Source: Candidatus Campbellbacteria bacterium
Lineage (GTDB): Bacteria > Patescibacteriota > Minisyncoccia > Phycocordibacterales > CSBR16-193
Direction: 5' to 3'
NCBI GenBank assembly: GCA_007117035.1
Contig: SKHG01000054.1
Coordinates: 1,060 to 65,059, forward strand
DNA: 64,000 nt
Below the pieces are notes generated by a model, which was not told where the DNA came from, searched no databases, and was given only the letters and a program-made list of their open reading frames with translations. This document shows positions 49,396 to 59,236 of this stretch, one piece after another; position 1 is the stretch's first letter; each line of letters opens with the position of its first letter. A program made the position numbers and the translations under genes.

Positions 49396-49531
49396 AATTT
49401 AAAATATGAATCTTGAAATCTGAAATATATATTCAGACTAAAAAACACAAACACGCCTTAAGCGATAGGTACTAGAGTAATATATACAGTAACAAAATGC
49501 AAGTCTTTAAACAAAACCATCTAATCTTAAT

Positions 49532-50185
49532 CTACTGAAAGAACTGAAAAACCTCAGACAAAACAGAAGGGTCGCCAGTTAATAATGCAAAAGCCCAAAC
49601 TAAAATAATGTTTATTACAAAAAAGATTGTGGCTGAAAAAAGAAGAACCACAAACAAAACAATAAATAAGCCGTATCTTTCAAGTGTGATTCTAAGCTCA
49701 TCAAAAGAACTCGGTAAAATGGAGAAAAGAATCTTTGATCCGTCCAGAGGTGGAATTGGAATTAGATTAAATATTCCTAGTATTAAATTGATGACCACAA
49801 TTAAGCCCATTAATGGGATTGCGTCCTGAAAGATATCATAAGCTAGTGAAAATCTAATCAGCAGACCAAAAATTATTGCTATAAAAAAGTTCGAGAGTGG
49901 TCCGGTTGCCGCTACCCAAGCCTCCCCCCACTTTTGATTCTTAAAGTTATACGGATTAATTGGTACTGGTTTAGCCCAACCCAAAATAACACCCGCCGAA
50001 AGTAGAAAGAGGAGTGCTGGAACTATAAAAGAGCCAAACAAATCTAGATGCTTGATGGGGTTTAGTGTTAACCGACCTGCATACTTAGCTGTTGGGTCAC
50101 CTTGAGACAAGGCTGAATATCCATGAGCGACCTCATGGATTACCACAGAAAGTATCAAGATTATGATAATAAGTATGAATCCCAT
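49532..50185 (-). CDS. Site-2 protease family (peptidase M50) membrane metalloprotease, short form
   Basis: 217 aa. HExxH motif (VIHEVAHG) lies within a TM helix. The downstream LDG motif (PIPPLDGS) is typical of M50. Confidence 0.6.
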   Translation of the reverse strand: MGFILIIIILILSVVIHEVAHGYSALSQGDPTAKYAGRLTLNPIKHLDLFGSFIVPALLFLLSAGVILGWAKPVPINPYNFKNQKWGEAWVAATGPLSNFFIAIIFGLLIRFSLAYDIFQDAIPLMGLIVVINLILGIFNLIPIPPLDGSKILFSILPSSFDELRITLERYGLFIVLFVVLLFSATIFFVINIILVWAFALLTGDPSVLSEVFQFFQ

Positions 50186-50289
50186 AATATAGTGATGTGA
50201 TTATTTTTAGATTTTGTATACAAGCAAAGATTTACATAACCACCTCGTTATGATAACATAATCAGCACTTAATCCAAGAACAGAATAAT

Positions 50290-50532
50290 ATGTCAAAAAT
50301 TTGCCCAATATCAAATAAAAAGAGTCAGGTTGGAGGACGATACTCAAACCGTGTTCGAGCTACCCAGTTTAATCCAACCGGTAAGGTTAGACGAAAAGTT
50401 AATATCCAGAAGAAAAAAATCTTCGTTCCTGAACTTAACAAAACAATTACAGTTGAACTATCAACTAACGCTTTGAAGACTATTCAAAAAAACGGAGCCT
50501 ACGCAACTTTAAAAAAAGCTGGGTTAATATAG
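50290..50532 (+). CDS. rpmB: 50S ribosomal protein L28
   Basis: 80 aa. MSKICPISNKK...GGRYSNRVRAT resembles the L28 N-terminus. Confidence 0.7.
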   Translation: MSKICPISNKKSQVGGRYSNRVRATQFNPTGKVRRKVNIQKKKIFVPELNKTITVELSTNALKTIQKNGAYATLKKAGLI

Positions 50533-50555
50533 TTTAAACTTCCAACTAAAGAAAA

Positions 50556-50586
50556 AACACCTCTAATATAATAGAGGTGTTTTTTC
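50556..50586 (+). terminator. Rho-independent terminator after rpmB
   Basis: Hairpin aacacctcta-atataa-tagaggtgtt followed by ttttt. Confidence 0.6.
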
Positions 50587-50637
50587 TTAAAACCTTAACT
50601 CACACCACCAACCTAACAAGTATTTTATGACTAAATT

Positions 50638-51504
50638 CTAATATTTTAATTTAATAGTTTCTCCATCGGAAATAAAAACTATGTCACCTTTGTTGAAGGT
50701 GCTTAACATCTGAGAACCAATATAATCTACTCTTTCAACAACCTCAGGATGAGGATGTCCAAAACGATTATCCAAACCAGCTGAAACTACAAAATAATCT
50801 GGTAGGACCGTAGCTAAAAACAACAACGAGTTGGATGTTCGTGAACCATGATGACCAGCTTGAAAGACATCACTTTTTAATCGATCTCCATCAATCGAGG
50901 CTAAATAACTCTCGATACCCTCAAACGAATCACCGGTAAACAAAAAACTTGTATCCCTGTAAACAACTCGACTCCAGATTGAAGCCATGTCAGCATTAAG
51001 GCTCTGAACATTTCTATCTGGGAATAGTATAGGAACCCAAACTTCATCATCCAAAACTACAACCATTCCTCGTTGAGCATAAATTTTATCTATCTGGTTC
51101 TCTTCTAGTGCCAATAGATACTCTTGATAAGTCTGACTATCATAGTTAACACCTGAATCCAAAACCACTCCAACATCAAAATACTCTAAGATATCCACAA
51201 GACCACCAATGTGGTCAGCGTGGGGATGAGTTGAGATTACTACATCTATCGATCGATCATAAAAAGGAATGTGTTTAAACAACGCATCAATAATGATTGA
51301 TCCCGGACCACTGTCGATCAACATACGATTACCGTTTGGTGCTTCGATTAAAGTTGCATCACCCTGACCAACATCAAGATAGATAACAGTTAAAAATTCT
51401 CGACTGTCTTCAGAATAAACAATTGACCAAAGAAAAACATTTATTGAAAACAAAAAGATACAGACCACAATCAGAAAAGGCACTTTTAATGAAATGGAGT
51501 TCAT
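50638..51504 (-). CDS. Stand-alone membrane-anchored metallo-beta-lactamase domain protein corresponding to the ComEC C-terminal domain
   Basis: 288 aa. N-terminal TM helix. MBL motif VISTHPHADHIGG. A downstream Asp and HHGS are present. Confidence 0.65.
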   Translation of the reverse strand: MNSISLKVPFLIVVCIFLFSINVFLWSIVYSEDSREFLTVIYLDVGQGDATLIEAPNGNRMLIDSGPGSIIIDALFKHIPFYDRSIDVVISTHPHADHIGGLVDILEYFDVGVVLDSGVNYDSQTYQEYLLALEENQIDKIYAQRGMVVVLDDEVWVPILFPDRNVQSLNADMASIWSRVVYRDTSFLFTGDSFEGIESYLASIDGDRLKSDVFQAGHHGSRTSNSLLFLATVLPDYFVVSAGLDNRFGHPHPEVVERVDYIGSQMLSTFNKGDIVFISDGETIKLKY

Positions 51505-51519
51505 AGCATAATTATATCA

Positions 51520-53067
51520 ATGATTAAGCCAATTGGTTATATCAGTTTACCTATCTCTTTTATTTTAGGAGTTTCTTTAGCCTCCTTCGTTTCTCTAACT
51601 TGGCTTCTACTACTTCTTTCTATTTTATTTGCTTTCATTTTAGGATCACTACCTTTCTACTCCCTAATTAAAGAATTGATACCTAAAAATACTTTTCTTA
51701 AACCGTCTACTTTTAATATATTTTTTATATTACTAATTATAATCTTTTTTTGCTTTGGTTTGTTTTGGTTCTACCACCACAGCAAGACTGAGGATTTAAA
51801 TATTACTGAAGGTATAAAGATTGAAATATCTGGAACAGTAGCACGAGAACCACAAATTCGAAAAAACCATACCCAGTACCACCTGAAGGTTCAGAATTTC
51901 GATAAACTTATTTTGGTTACCGCTCCAAGATATCCAAAATACTCTTACGGAGACGAACTGAAACTCTATGGTGATTTAGAAAGACCTCCAGTGTTTCAAT
52001 CTTTTGATTACAGAGCGTTCTTACAAAAAGAAGGAATATCTTTTGTGATGTATTATCCAGAAATTATTTTACTGACAAAAGATAACGGTTCTGTATTCAA
52101 AACTATACTTTTTAATTTCAAAGAAAAAGTCAGAGACACTCTGTACCGTTTTGTACCTTATCCGCACAACACAATAATTGGTGCTATGACACTTGGTGAC
52201 GGATATCGGGTACCTGTTGATATTAGTGACATTTTTAGTCGAACTGGAATTCGTCACATCACCGCTATCTCTGGTATGCACATTACTATAATTATTGGAC
52301 TACTGATGGTTTTTTTCAGCTCCTTTTTAATGATTCCTCGGAACATCTCTTTCTACATCTTAGGATTATTTTTGATAACTTATGTAATATTTGTCGGCGC
52401 CCCACCATCTGCAATTCGAGCTGCAATTACGGGTATTGTAATTCTGTTAGCGCAACAAACTGGACGGACATATTTTGCGGGCAGAGCTTTGATTGTGGCG
52501 GGTGCGTTAATGCTTCTTTTTAATCCTCTACTCCTAAAATTTGATGTTGGCTTCCAACTGTCATTTTCAGCAGTCTTCGGTATTATATTTATCGGTCCTT
52601 TCTTCCGAGAAATCATAAACCGATTTACTATAAAATTTAGTAGGCTTAAAATTCTAGACAGACCGATTGATGGAATAACTTCTATCCTAGCCATCACACT
52701 CTCTGCTCATTTAACAACTCTACCTCTTATCATCTACAACTTTCAGACCCTGTCCATTGTTGCACCTCTCACCAATATTTTAGTAGTACCTTTAGTTCCG
52801 TTTATCTTACTCAGTGGGTTTTTAATACTTATCGGTGGAACACTCCTACCCTTTTTAGGTTATCTTTTAGCTCTACCAGCATACATTTTAACTTCGTACA
52901 CTATATATATAAGCCAAGCTCTCGACTCCTTACCCAACGCCCACTTCACATTAGAAATAAATCACTGGGCTTTTGTTTTAATCAGCTATTTAATTCTGAT
53001 CACAGTTGTTTTTATTTTGAGCCAAACTAGACTAGGCCGAACAGTTCTAAACAATGCAGTGAGGTAA
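51520..53067 (+). CDS. comEC: ComEC/Rec2 DNA-uptake channel protein (DUF4131 OB-fold plus Competence domain); lacks the MBL domain
   Basis: 515 aa polytopic membrane protein. OB-fold region after the first TM helices. Competence-domain signature ISGMHITIIIG. Confidence 0.7.
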   Translation: MIKPIGYISLPISFILGVSLASFVSLTWLLLLLSILFAFILGSLPFYSLIKELIPKNTFLKPSTFNIFFILLIIIFFCFGLFWFYHHSKTEDLNITEGIKIEISGTVAREPQIRKNHTQYHLKVQNFDKLILVTAPRYPKYSYGDELKLYGDLERPPVFQSFDYRAFLQKEGISFVMYYPEIILLTKDNGSVFKTILFNFKEKVRDTLYRFVPYPHNTIIGAMTLGDGYRVPVDISDIFSRTGIRHITAISGMHITIIIGLLMVFFSSFLMIPRNISFYILGLFLITYVIFVGAPPSAIRAAITGIVILLAQQTGRTYFAGRALIVAGALMLLFNPLLLKFDVGFQLSFSAVFGIIFIGPFFREIINRFTIKFSRLKILDRPIDGITSILAITLSAHLTTLPLIIYNFQTLSIVAPLTNILVVPLVPFILLSGFLILIGGTLLPFLGYLLALPAYILTSYTIYISQALDSLPNAHFTLEINHWAFVLISYLILITVVFILSQTRLGRTVLNNAVR

Positions 53068-53077
53068 TGCTAACTTT

Positions 53078-53797
53078 TTATATTTTTTCCTGAAACTCTT
53101 TTTTTATTTCCTCTTCATTAGTTGGACTTAATGCCTTTCGGAAAAATGCCTTCTGACCCTTAACTCTTTTTTCACAGTCTGCCCAAGTTTGGTGTGTCTC
53201 TATTTTTCCGTTTACTAAACTAACATATGAATAGGCTTTTCCTTTTGAACTAGATGACTTGGTTTTTGTGTTTTTAACTTTAGTGTCCAAAATTGAATGT
53301 GGATAATTTTTTAGACTACCAACAAAAAGATTACCTTGAATCTTATCAGCAAAAGAAGTAGCGATATCATCTGCTCGTTCATTACCAACCGCACCACAAT
53401 GACCAGCAACATACTGCCAATCAATATTGTAGCTTTGAACAACTGATAAAATTTTCTGCCACAGGTCTTTATTCAAAACTTCAGTTTTGTTTTTAGTCTG
53501 CCAACCATTTTGTTGCCAAGCAAAAACCCACTTGGTAATTCCATTAATTAAATACTGCGAGTCAGTATGAATCTCAACTAAACTTTTTTCTCCAACTTTA
53601 TCTTTTAAAAAATCCAATGAACTAAAAGCTGCAGTAAGCTCCATTCGATTGTTGGTAGTTTTGTCTTCTCTTCCTCCAAGCTCCGCAACCTCGTCGGAGT
53701 CTTTTAAAACAACCACCGCTCCCCATCCACCCGGACCAGGGTTTCCTCTAGAAGCACCATCTGTAAAAATAATTATTTTCTGATCTGTTTTATTCAT
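53078..53797 (-). CDS. rnhA: Ribonuclease HI with a C-terminal extension resembling a hybrid-binding (Cauli_VI-like) domain
   Basis: 239 aa. RNase H catalytic blocks (IFTDGASRGNPG, ELTA, HTDSQY, ERADDIA). The C-terminal ~50 aa is YSYVSLVNGKIETHQTWADCEKRVKGQKAFFRKA. Confidence 0.8.
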   Translation of the reverse strand: MNKTDQKIIIFTDGASRGNPGPGGWGAVVVLKDSDEVAELGGREDKTTNNRMELTAAFSSLDFLKDKVGEKSLVEIHTDSQYLINGITKWVFAWQQNGWQTKNKTEVLNKDLWQKILSVVQSYNIDWQYVAGHCGAVGNERADDIATSFADKIQGNLFVGSLKNYPHSILDTKVKNTKTKSSSSKGKAYSYVSLVNGKIETHQTWADCEKRVKGQKAFFRKALSPTNEEEIKKEFQEKI

Positions 53798-53841
53798 ATG
53801 TAAAATTTTACCACAGACTAATCATTAAAATTGACACAAAA

Positions 53842-55491
53842 TTAAAAGACATCAATTAAGCGTAGACGCAGTTCGGCCTGACCACGAAAATATGATTTCT
53901 CCAGAGATGCTAAAAGATTAATCTTCTGATTAACCAACGGTTCAGCAGAAAGGTTTTCAACTGAGTTAAAAAAACTAATCGCTTTTACCGATCCACCACC
54001 TTGATTCTCTAAAGTTACCTCCAGATGCTCTCCTTGTTTACCAAAAGACCGAATATTTTTTACCAAGACATCTTCGAATCTAAAAATTGGTTTTGGGTTC
54101 GCTATCCCAAAAGGACCAATCTTTTGCAATGCGTGAAACAGATCTTGAGAAACAGAACTTATTGAAATAAGATGCCCTGAGTGTTTTACTTCTTCAACTA
54201 AAATATTTTTACTATCGTTATATGATTTTGTAAGTTTTTCTTCTAACTGATGAATTCCTTCATACGAAACAGAAAAACCACCGGCGTAAGCATGTCCACC
54301 GTACTCCAAAAAAGCACCCTCAGCTTGATCCATCAAACCAATCAAATTAATTCCACCCGAGGAACGACAAGAGCCTTTAAGTAGATCTCCTCCATCCCTA
54401 CCCCACAAAAATACTGGTCTGGAAAATTCTTCAGCGATTGAGTTAGCAGCTAGTCCTAAAAGAGATGGTCGCCAGTCAGGACTACCAGTTACAATAACCG
54501 GTCCGATTTCTCGACTCTCTAATTTATGTTTAACTTCTTTGACAATCGAAGCTACAACTCCCTTACGCTGACGATTAATTCTTTCTAGCTCTTTAACAAG
54601 ATCCTCGACTCGACCTTGATTTTTTTCAACCAAAAGGTGAAAAGCATCCATTGAGTGACCCATCCGAGATGCAGCGTTAATTCTTGGAGAGATCATGAAA
54701 CCAATATCGTCTTCACTCAACATTCCTTGATTGAGTCCGAGTCTGTAACAGAGTTGTCGTAGACCTGGTCGTCTGGATTTTCGTAAAACTTTCAATCCGT
54801 AGTGAGCCAAAACTCGGTTCTCATCTTGTAGAGGTACCATATCCGAAAGTGTGGCAATGCCAACCATATCCAACATCCATTTTTCCACTCCAGGTTTAAG
54901 ATCAAAACTTCCAAGTTCGATTAAACCTTGAATAACTTTGTACGCCACTGCGGCTCCACACAAGAAGGGGTAGGGATAATCACAATCTTCCCTCTTAGGA
55001 TTAACGACTGCGTAGGCTGGAGGTAGAACAGTTGGTTGTTCGTGATGATCAGTTACAATAACATCTATTCCTAAATCTTGAGCGAGCTTTATCGGTTCAG
55101 TATCAGTAACTCCACAATCAACAGTTACAATTAGGTTTGTGTCTAGTTCCGAAAACTCTTTCATCTTTTCTGTTTTTAGACCAAAACCTTCAAGATGTCG
55201 ATGTGGGATGAATATCTCAAAATTGGAATAGTTTATCAGGTCAAAAAAATCATGAAACAGTACAGCACCCGGAACACCATCAGCATCATAGTCTGCATAG
55301 ATAACTATTCGTTGGTTGTTCTGTACTGCATCTAATATTCTCCGAACGGCTTTTTCCATATCCTTCATCAGAAAAGGATCATGGAGGTGTTCCTCGTACG
55401 AAGGATCTAAAAAACGTTCTCTGTTTTCATCTGTTATTCCTCGATCCTTCAACAATTCGTCAATTATTTTTTCAGTTTCCTTTTGTGTCAT
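53842..55491 (-). CDS. recJ: Single-stranded-DNA-specific exonuclease RecJ
   Basis: 549 aa. DHH motifs (ADYDADGV, IVTDHHE) and a DHHA1 domain. Confidence 0.85.
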   Translation of the reverse strand: MTQKETEKIIDELLKDRGITDENRERFLDPSYEEHLHDPFLMKDMEKAVRRILDAVQNNQRIVIYADYDADGVPGAVLFHDFFDLINYSNFEIFIPHRHLEGFGLKTEKMKEFSELDTNLIVTVDCGVTDTEPIKLAQDLGIDVIVTDHHEQPTVLPPAYAVVNPKREDCDYPYPFLCGAAVAYKVIQGLIELGSFDLKPGVEKWMLDMVGIATLSDMVPLQDENRVLAHYGLKVLRKSRRPGLRQLCYRLGLNQGMLSEDDIGFMISPRINAASRMGHSMDAFHLLVEKNQGRVEDLVKELERINRQRKGVVASIVKEVKHKLESREIGPVIVTGSPDWRPSLLGLAANSIAEEFSRPVFLWGRDGGDLLKGSCRSSGGINLIGLMDQAEGAFLEYGGHAYAGGFSVSYEGIHQLEEKLTKSYNDSKNILVEEVKHSGHLISISSVSQDLFHALQKIGPFGIANPKPIFRFEDVLVKNIRSFGKQGEHLEVTLENQGGGSVKAISFFNSVENLSAEPLVNQKINLLASLEKSYFRGQAELRLRLIDVF

Positions 55492-55562
55492 TCTCTTTTA
55501 TTTTAAGGTAAACAATATGATAACATAATAAGTATTGAGAGCCTTAACAATAAGTTAAAAAA

Positions 55563-55931
55563 ATGACAAACAAACAAGACTGTATATTTTGCAAAATTAT
55601 AAAAAAAGAAATTCCAGCTGAGATTGTCTACGAGGACGAAGATTTTCTGGCTTTTTTAGACATCAATCCTGAAAGTCCTGGCCACACTCAAGTTATTCCT
55701 AAAAAACATTTTCGCTGGGTCTGGGATGTGCCACCTGTCGGTAAATATTTTGAGGTTGTTCGAAAGATTGCCCAAGCTCAAAAAAAAGCTTTCTCAACAG
55801 ACTGGGTCTTGAGTAAAGTTGTAGGTGATGAAGTTACTCACGCTCACATCTGGGTTTTTCCAAATTCAGATGTTGTAGGAGACAAAAAAGATTTTAAGGA
55901 AAATGCAAAGAAGATAAAAAATGCTTTGTAG
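55563..55931 (+). CDS. HIT family hydrolase
   Basis: 122 aa. CIFCKI N-terminus and the histidine triad THAHIWVFP. Confidence 0.8.
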   Translation: MTNKQDCIFCKIIKKEIPAEIVYEDEDFLAFLDINPESPGHTQVIPKKHFRWVWDVPPVGKYFEVVRKIAQAQKKAFSTDWVLSKVVGDEVTHAHIWVFPNSDVVGDKKDFKENAKKIKNAL

Positions 55932-55936
55932 TAAAA

Positions 55937-57079
55937 CTATTGAGAACCTTTCAATGCTTCAATCCCTGGCAATGTCTCAGAAGAAAGAAAATCTAACATT
56001 GCACCTCCGCCAGAAGATAGAAAGGAAAAAGAATCCTCAGATCCAATCGCTGAAACAGCAGCTACAGTATCTCCCCCACCAACTAATGAATATGCCTGAG
56101 AACTAGACAATGCTTTGGCCAGATCAACAGTCGCTCCGTCAAAACCTTTTTCATAATTTCCAAGTGGGCCGTTCCAAACCACAAACTTAGATTTTGTAAC
56201 TTCGGCTGACAAAATCTTAACAGTCTCTGGACCAGCATCAACGATCATTTCATTGTCGCGAACTTCACTTGGTTTAGTAACTCTATGTTTATCATTTTCC
56301 GAATCATAGACGACCACATCAGTTGGTAGAATAACCGAATTACTTTTTAACAATCTTTCTATGATTTCGTTCTCGACGACCTCCAACAAAGACTGACCAA
56401 CAGACATACCCTGAGCATCGAAGAATGAGTGTGCTAGTGCACCACCAACAAATATTTTTTCAGCACGATTAACAAATTTTTCTATTAAAGGAATTTTGGT
56501 AGAGAACTTAGCGCCACCCAAAACAAAAAGAAATGGGTGTAGGGGATCAAAAGCTTTTGAAAGATTTTCTCTTTCAGAACGAAACAAGAAACCTTCATAT
56601 CCTGGAATAAATTTTGGTACTCCAACAATCGATGTGTGCATTCGATGTGAAACTGAGAAAGCTTCGTTTACATATAGATCAGCTAAGGAAGACAGCACAC
56701 GAGCAAATTCATTATCGTTCTCTTTCTCTGCTGAATGAAATCTTAAATTTTCCAAAAGCACAACCTCGCCTTCGGAGATATGACCAACCTTACCTTTAAC
56801 ATTATTTACATCCCAATCTTCAACAAAACGAACCGGTAGAATTTCATTCAAATAATCAGCCACTGGTCTTAAAGAACTTCCTTCTTTGTTTTCTATGTGT
56901 GAAATAGCAACAACCTTTGCTCCCTGCTCAACCAGATACTCTAGGGTTGGCAAAACTTTACGAATCCTAAAATCGTTTACAACCTTTCCGTCTTTTACTG
57001 GTACATTAACTCCAAGACGAATCAACACAGTTTTACCAGAGAGAGAAACTTGTTCTAAAATATTATTATTTATTTCCAT
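55937..57079 (-). CDS. pgk: Phosphoglycerate kinase
   Basis: 380 aa. N- and C-domain PGK blocks. Confidence 0.9.
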   Translation of the reverse strand: MEINNNILEQVSLSGKTVLIRLGVNVPVKDGKVVNDFRIRKVLPTLEYLVEQGAKVVAISHIENKEGSSLRPVADYLNEILPVRFVEDWDVNNVKGKVGHISEGEVVLLENLRFHSAEKENDNEFARVLSSLADLYVNEAFSVSHRMHTSIVGVPKFIPGYEGFLFRSERENLSKAFDPLHPFLFVLGGAKFSTKIPLIEKFVNRAEKIFVGGALAHSFFDAQGMSVGQSLLEVVENEIIERLLKSNSVILPTDVVVYDSENDKHRVTKPSEVRDNEMIVDAGPETVKILSAEVTKSKFVVWNGPLGNYEKGFDGATVDLAKALSSSQAYSLVGGGDTVAAVSAIGSEDSFSFLSSGGGAMLDFLSSETLPGIEALKGSQ

Positions 57080-57863
57080 ACTGCTTTACTACTGATTTTA
57101 TAATAACCGAAAAATCCTCAGCTGAGCGACTGGCTCGGCCAACCAATACACCGTCTACATTTCCGTTTGTGATTATGTCTTCAATGTTTTCTGGAGTAGC
57201 TGATCCGCCATATATCACAGGAACCTGATCTGAAAGTTCTCGGCCAAAAATATTTGAAAGGGTTCGACGAATAAAAATAGTCATCTCGTGAATATTAGAT
57301 CCTTCCATAGCCAAATTATCGTCACGACCAATAGCCCAGACTGGTTCATACGCGATAACCATCCGACCCAAAAGATTTGGATCAAGGTCTTTAATAGAGG
57401 AAGCTAACTGTTCCTGCAAAAAAGAAAGATACTCCCCCTCATCATCGCGTTCTTTTTCACCGACGCACAAAATAGCAATAAGGCCACTTTCTAAAACGGT
57501 CTTTAGTTTCATGTTTACAATATCGCTAGTTTCTCCAAGAGAACGTCTTTCTGAATGTCCTAAAATCACCCACTCAGCTCCAGAGTCTTTTAACATCTGT
57601 ATTGATAGTTCACCAGTGTATGATCCTTCTGTTTGCCAAAAACAGTCTTGGGCACCAAAAGACAAAAAATCTGGATGAGTGTAAGCAGAGAGTTTAGGGA
57701 GATAAACACTCGGAGGACATAGAACTACGGAAGCTGACAATGATTTTGGTGTTTTCTTTTTTAAAGAAAACAATATTTCCTTTGCTTCGGTGAAACTAGC
57801 AGGATCCATCTTCCAGTTACCTACAACAATTGGTTTTTTAAATGTTTTTTTCTTTTTATTCAT
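57066..57863 (-). CDS. tpiA: Triosephosphate isomerase
   Basis: 265 aa. AYEPVWAIG and catalytic His/Glu context (ILGHSERR). Confidence 0.9.
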   Translation of the reverse strand: MNKKKKTFKKPIVVGNWKMDPASFTEAKEILFSLKKKTPKSLSASVVLCPPSVYLPKLSAYTHPDFLSFGAQDCFWQTEGSYTGELSIQMLKDSGAEWVILGHSERRSLGETSDIVNMKLKTVLESGLIAILCVGEKERDDEGEYLSFLQEQLASSIKDLDPNLLGRMVIAYEPVWAIGRDDNLAMEGSNIHEMTIFIRRTLSNIFGRELSDQVPVIYGGSATPENIEDIITNGNVDGVLVGRASRSAEDFSVIIKSVVKQYGNK

Positions 57864-57874
57864 AACTATATATT

Positions 57875-59233
57875 TTACTCTACTTCATTCCAAGAAAAAA
57901 ACTTATACCCTCCTCCAGGCCCGGAAGAAAAAAGAAGGTCGGCCAAACCCGAATCATAGTTAATAGTCCCTCCTCCACTAACCCGAATAGTTTCACCGAT
58001 TATTGACCTAGCCGCCGAACCACCCTGAAGGTGAAGCTCCCCATTCTGAGCAATCAAAATAACCGCTCCCGATCCACCTGTAATATACAGAGCAGAATTA
58101 TTTCCACAATCAGGTCCTATAGGACATGTGCTAGTTGTGACTATTACTGGATAACTCCCTGGCTGGCCGGATCCTTGAAACTGCCCGTTACCACTAATAT
58201 TTACTCGACCGTCAACAACTAAAACCCCACTTTCATTCTCATATGATTCATCTAAATAAACTTTACCACCACCTGAAACAGTAAAACTGCCTTCTACCCA
58301 GACCGTGCCTGTCAAAGTTAGTGTTCCTCCACCACCTATTGAAAGATCCCCGGTTATTTTTACTGGACCCAACGTATCTCCAGCCCAACCAACACTGTAG
58401 TTTCCTTCTATTAACTGCCCTAAATCAGCAATCTCTTTCAAGTGATCAACCAGTTCATCTGAAATCGGAAACTCAGCCGGTGTAGGATTTCCTCTTGAAG
58501 TGTCACACGAGACTCCTTTTGGTGGTGGTGAGTTGTTAATGGATTCCTGGCAATAAACAGTTCCACCGGTATCAACTTGTCTCACAATCGGAGCCCAGCT
58601 ATCACCTTCAACGTTGAAGGGTTGCCACCACCGACTTCCTCCTTTTCCAAGTATCTCGGTTACTGAGGTCACGGAACCTGTAACGGTAGACCCTTCTGAA
58701 CCAACCACATCTCCGTTTGAATAGACATTACCATCTATAGTGGAACCACCTTCTATAATAAAACCACCATTTCCTGACTGAACCCCATAATGAAATGCAT
58801 TTCCTTGATCTACAAATACCTCAGTTTGAGTTCTACGAAAAACCCCTTGGACATCACCAGCTGAAAAAACTCTTAAACCGTTTTCACCAATCCCTTCAAT
58901 CAAAATACTAGAAACAGAATCACCGACCGATAAAACGTACTGGTCTTCATAGTTCATACCATTCCGAATCCTATATGTTGCATCTTCAGCGCCGGAGTCA
59001 GCAACTGCAAAACTTTTAATAGAATTTTGCGTGGTTGAAGAAATCTTTATGTGTGAGATAGCAGGAGATATAACTCCAATCGAAATTATTAGTGTGACGA
59101 AAACAAAAAACAAGACAGAGGTAATAACAGCCTGACCAGACTGATCTGAATAATTAAGAGTCCGACACAAAACATTACTCAGATTTTTTGTGTCTGAAAA
59201 ATTATCTACTTTAGTTTTTATATTTCTAAACAT
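57875..59233 (-). CDS. Large pilus-associated protein with PilX-N-like N-terminal hydrophobic segment and Gly-rich beta-rich body (candidate pilus tip protein/adhesin)
   Basis: 452 aa. N-terminus is QSGQAVITSVLFFVFVTLIISIGV (PilX_N-like, not a canonical GFxxxE prepilin). Long G/S/T/V-rich repeats follow. Sits directly downstream of three prepilin genes. Confidence 0.35.
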   Translation of the reverse strand: MFRNIKTKVDNFSDTKNLSNVLCRTLNYSDQSGQAVITSVLFFVFVTLIISIGVISPAISHIKISSTTQNSIKSFAVADSGAEDATYRIRNGMNYEDQYVLSVGDSVSSILIEGIGENGLRVFSAGDVQGVFRRTQTEVFVDQGNAFHYGVQSGNGGFIIEGGSTIDGNVYSNGDVVGSEGSTVTGSVTSVTEILGKGGSRWWQPFNVEGDSWAPIVRQVDTGGTVYCQESINNSPPPKGVSCDTSRGNPTPAEFPISDELVDHLKEIADLGQLIEGNYSVGWAGDTLGPVKITGDLSIGGGGTLTLTGTVWVEGSFTVSGGGKVYLDESYENESGVLVVDGRVNISGNGQFQGSGQPGSYPVIVTTSTCPIGPDCGNNSALYITGGSGAVILIAQNGELHLQGGSAARSIIGETIRVSGGGTINYDSGLADLLFSSGPGGGYKFFSWNEVE

Positions 59234-59236
59234 ATT

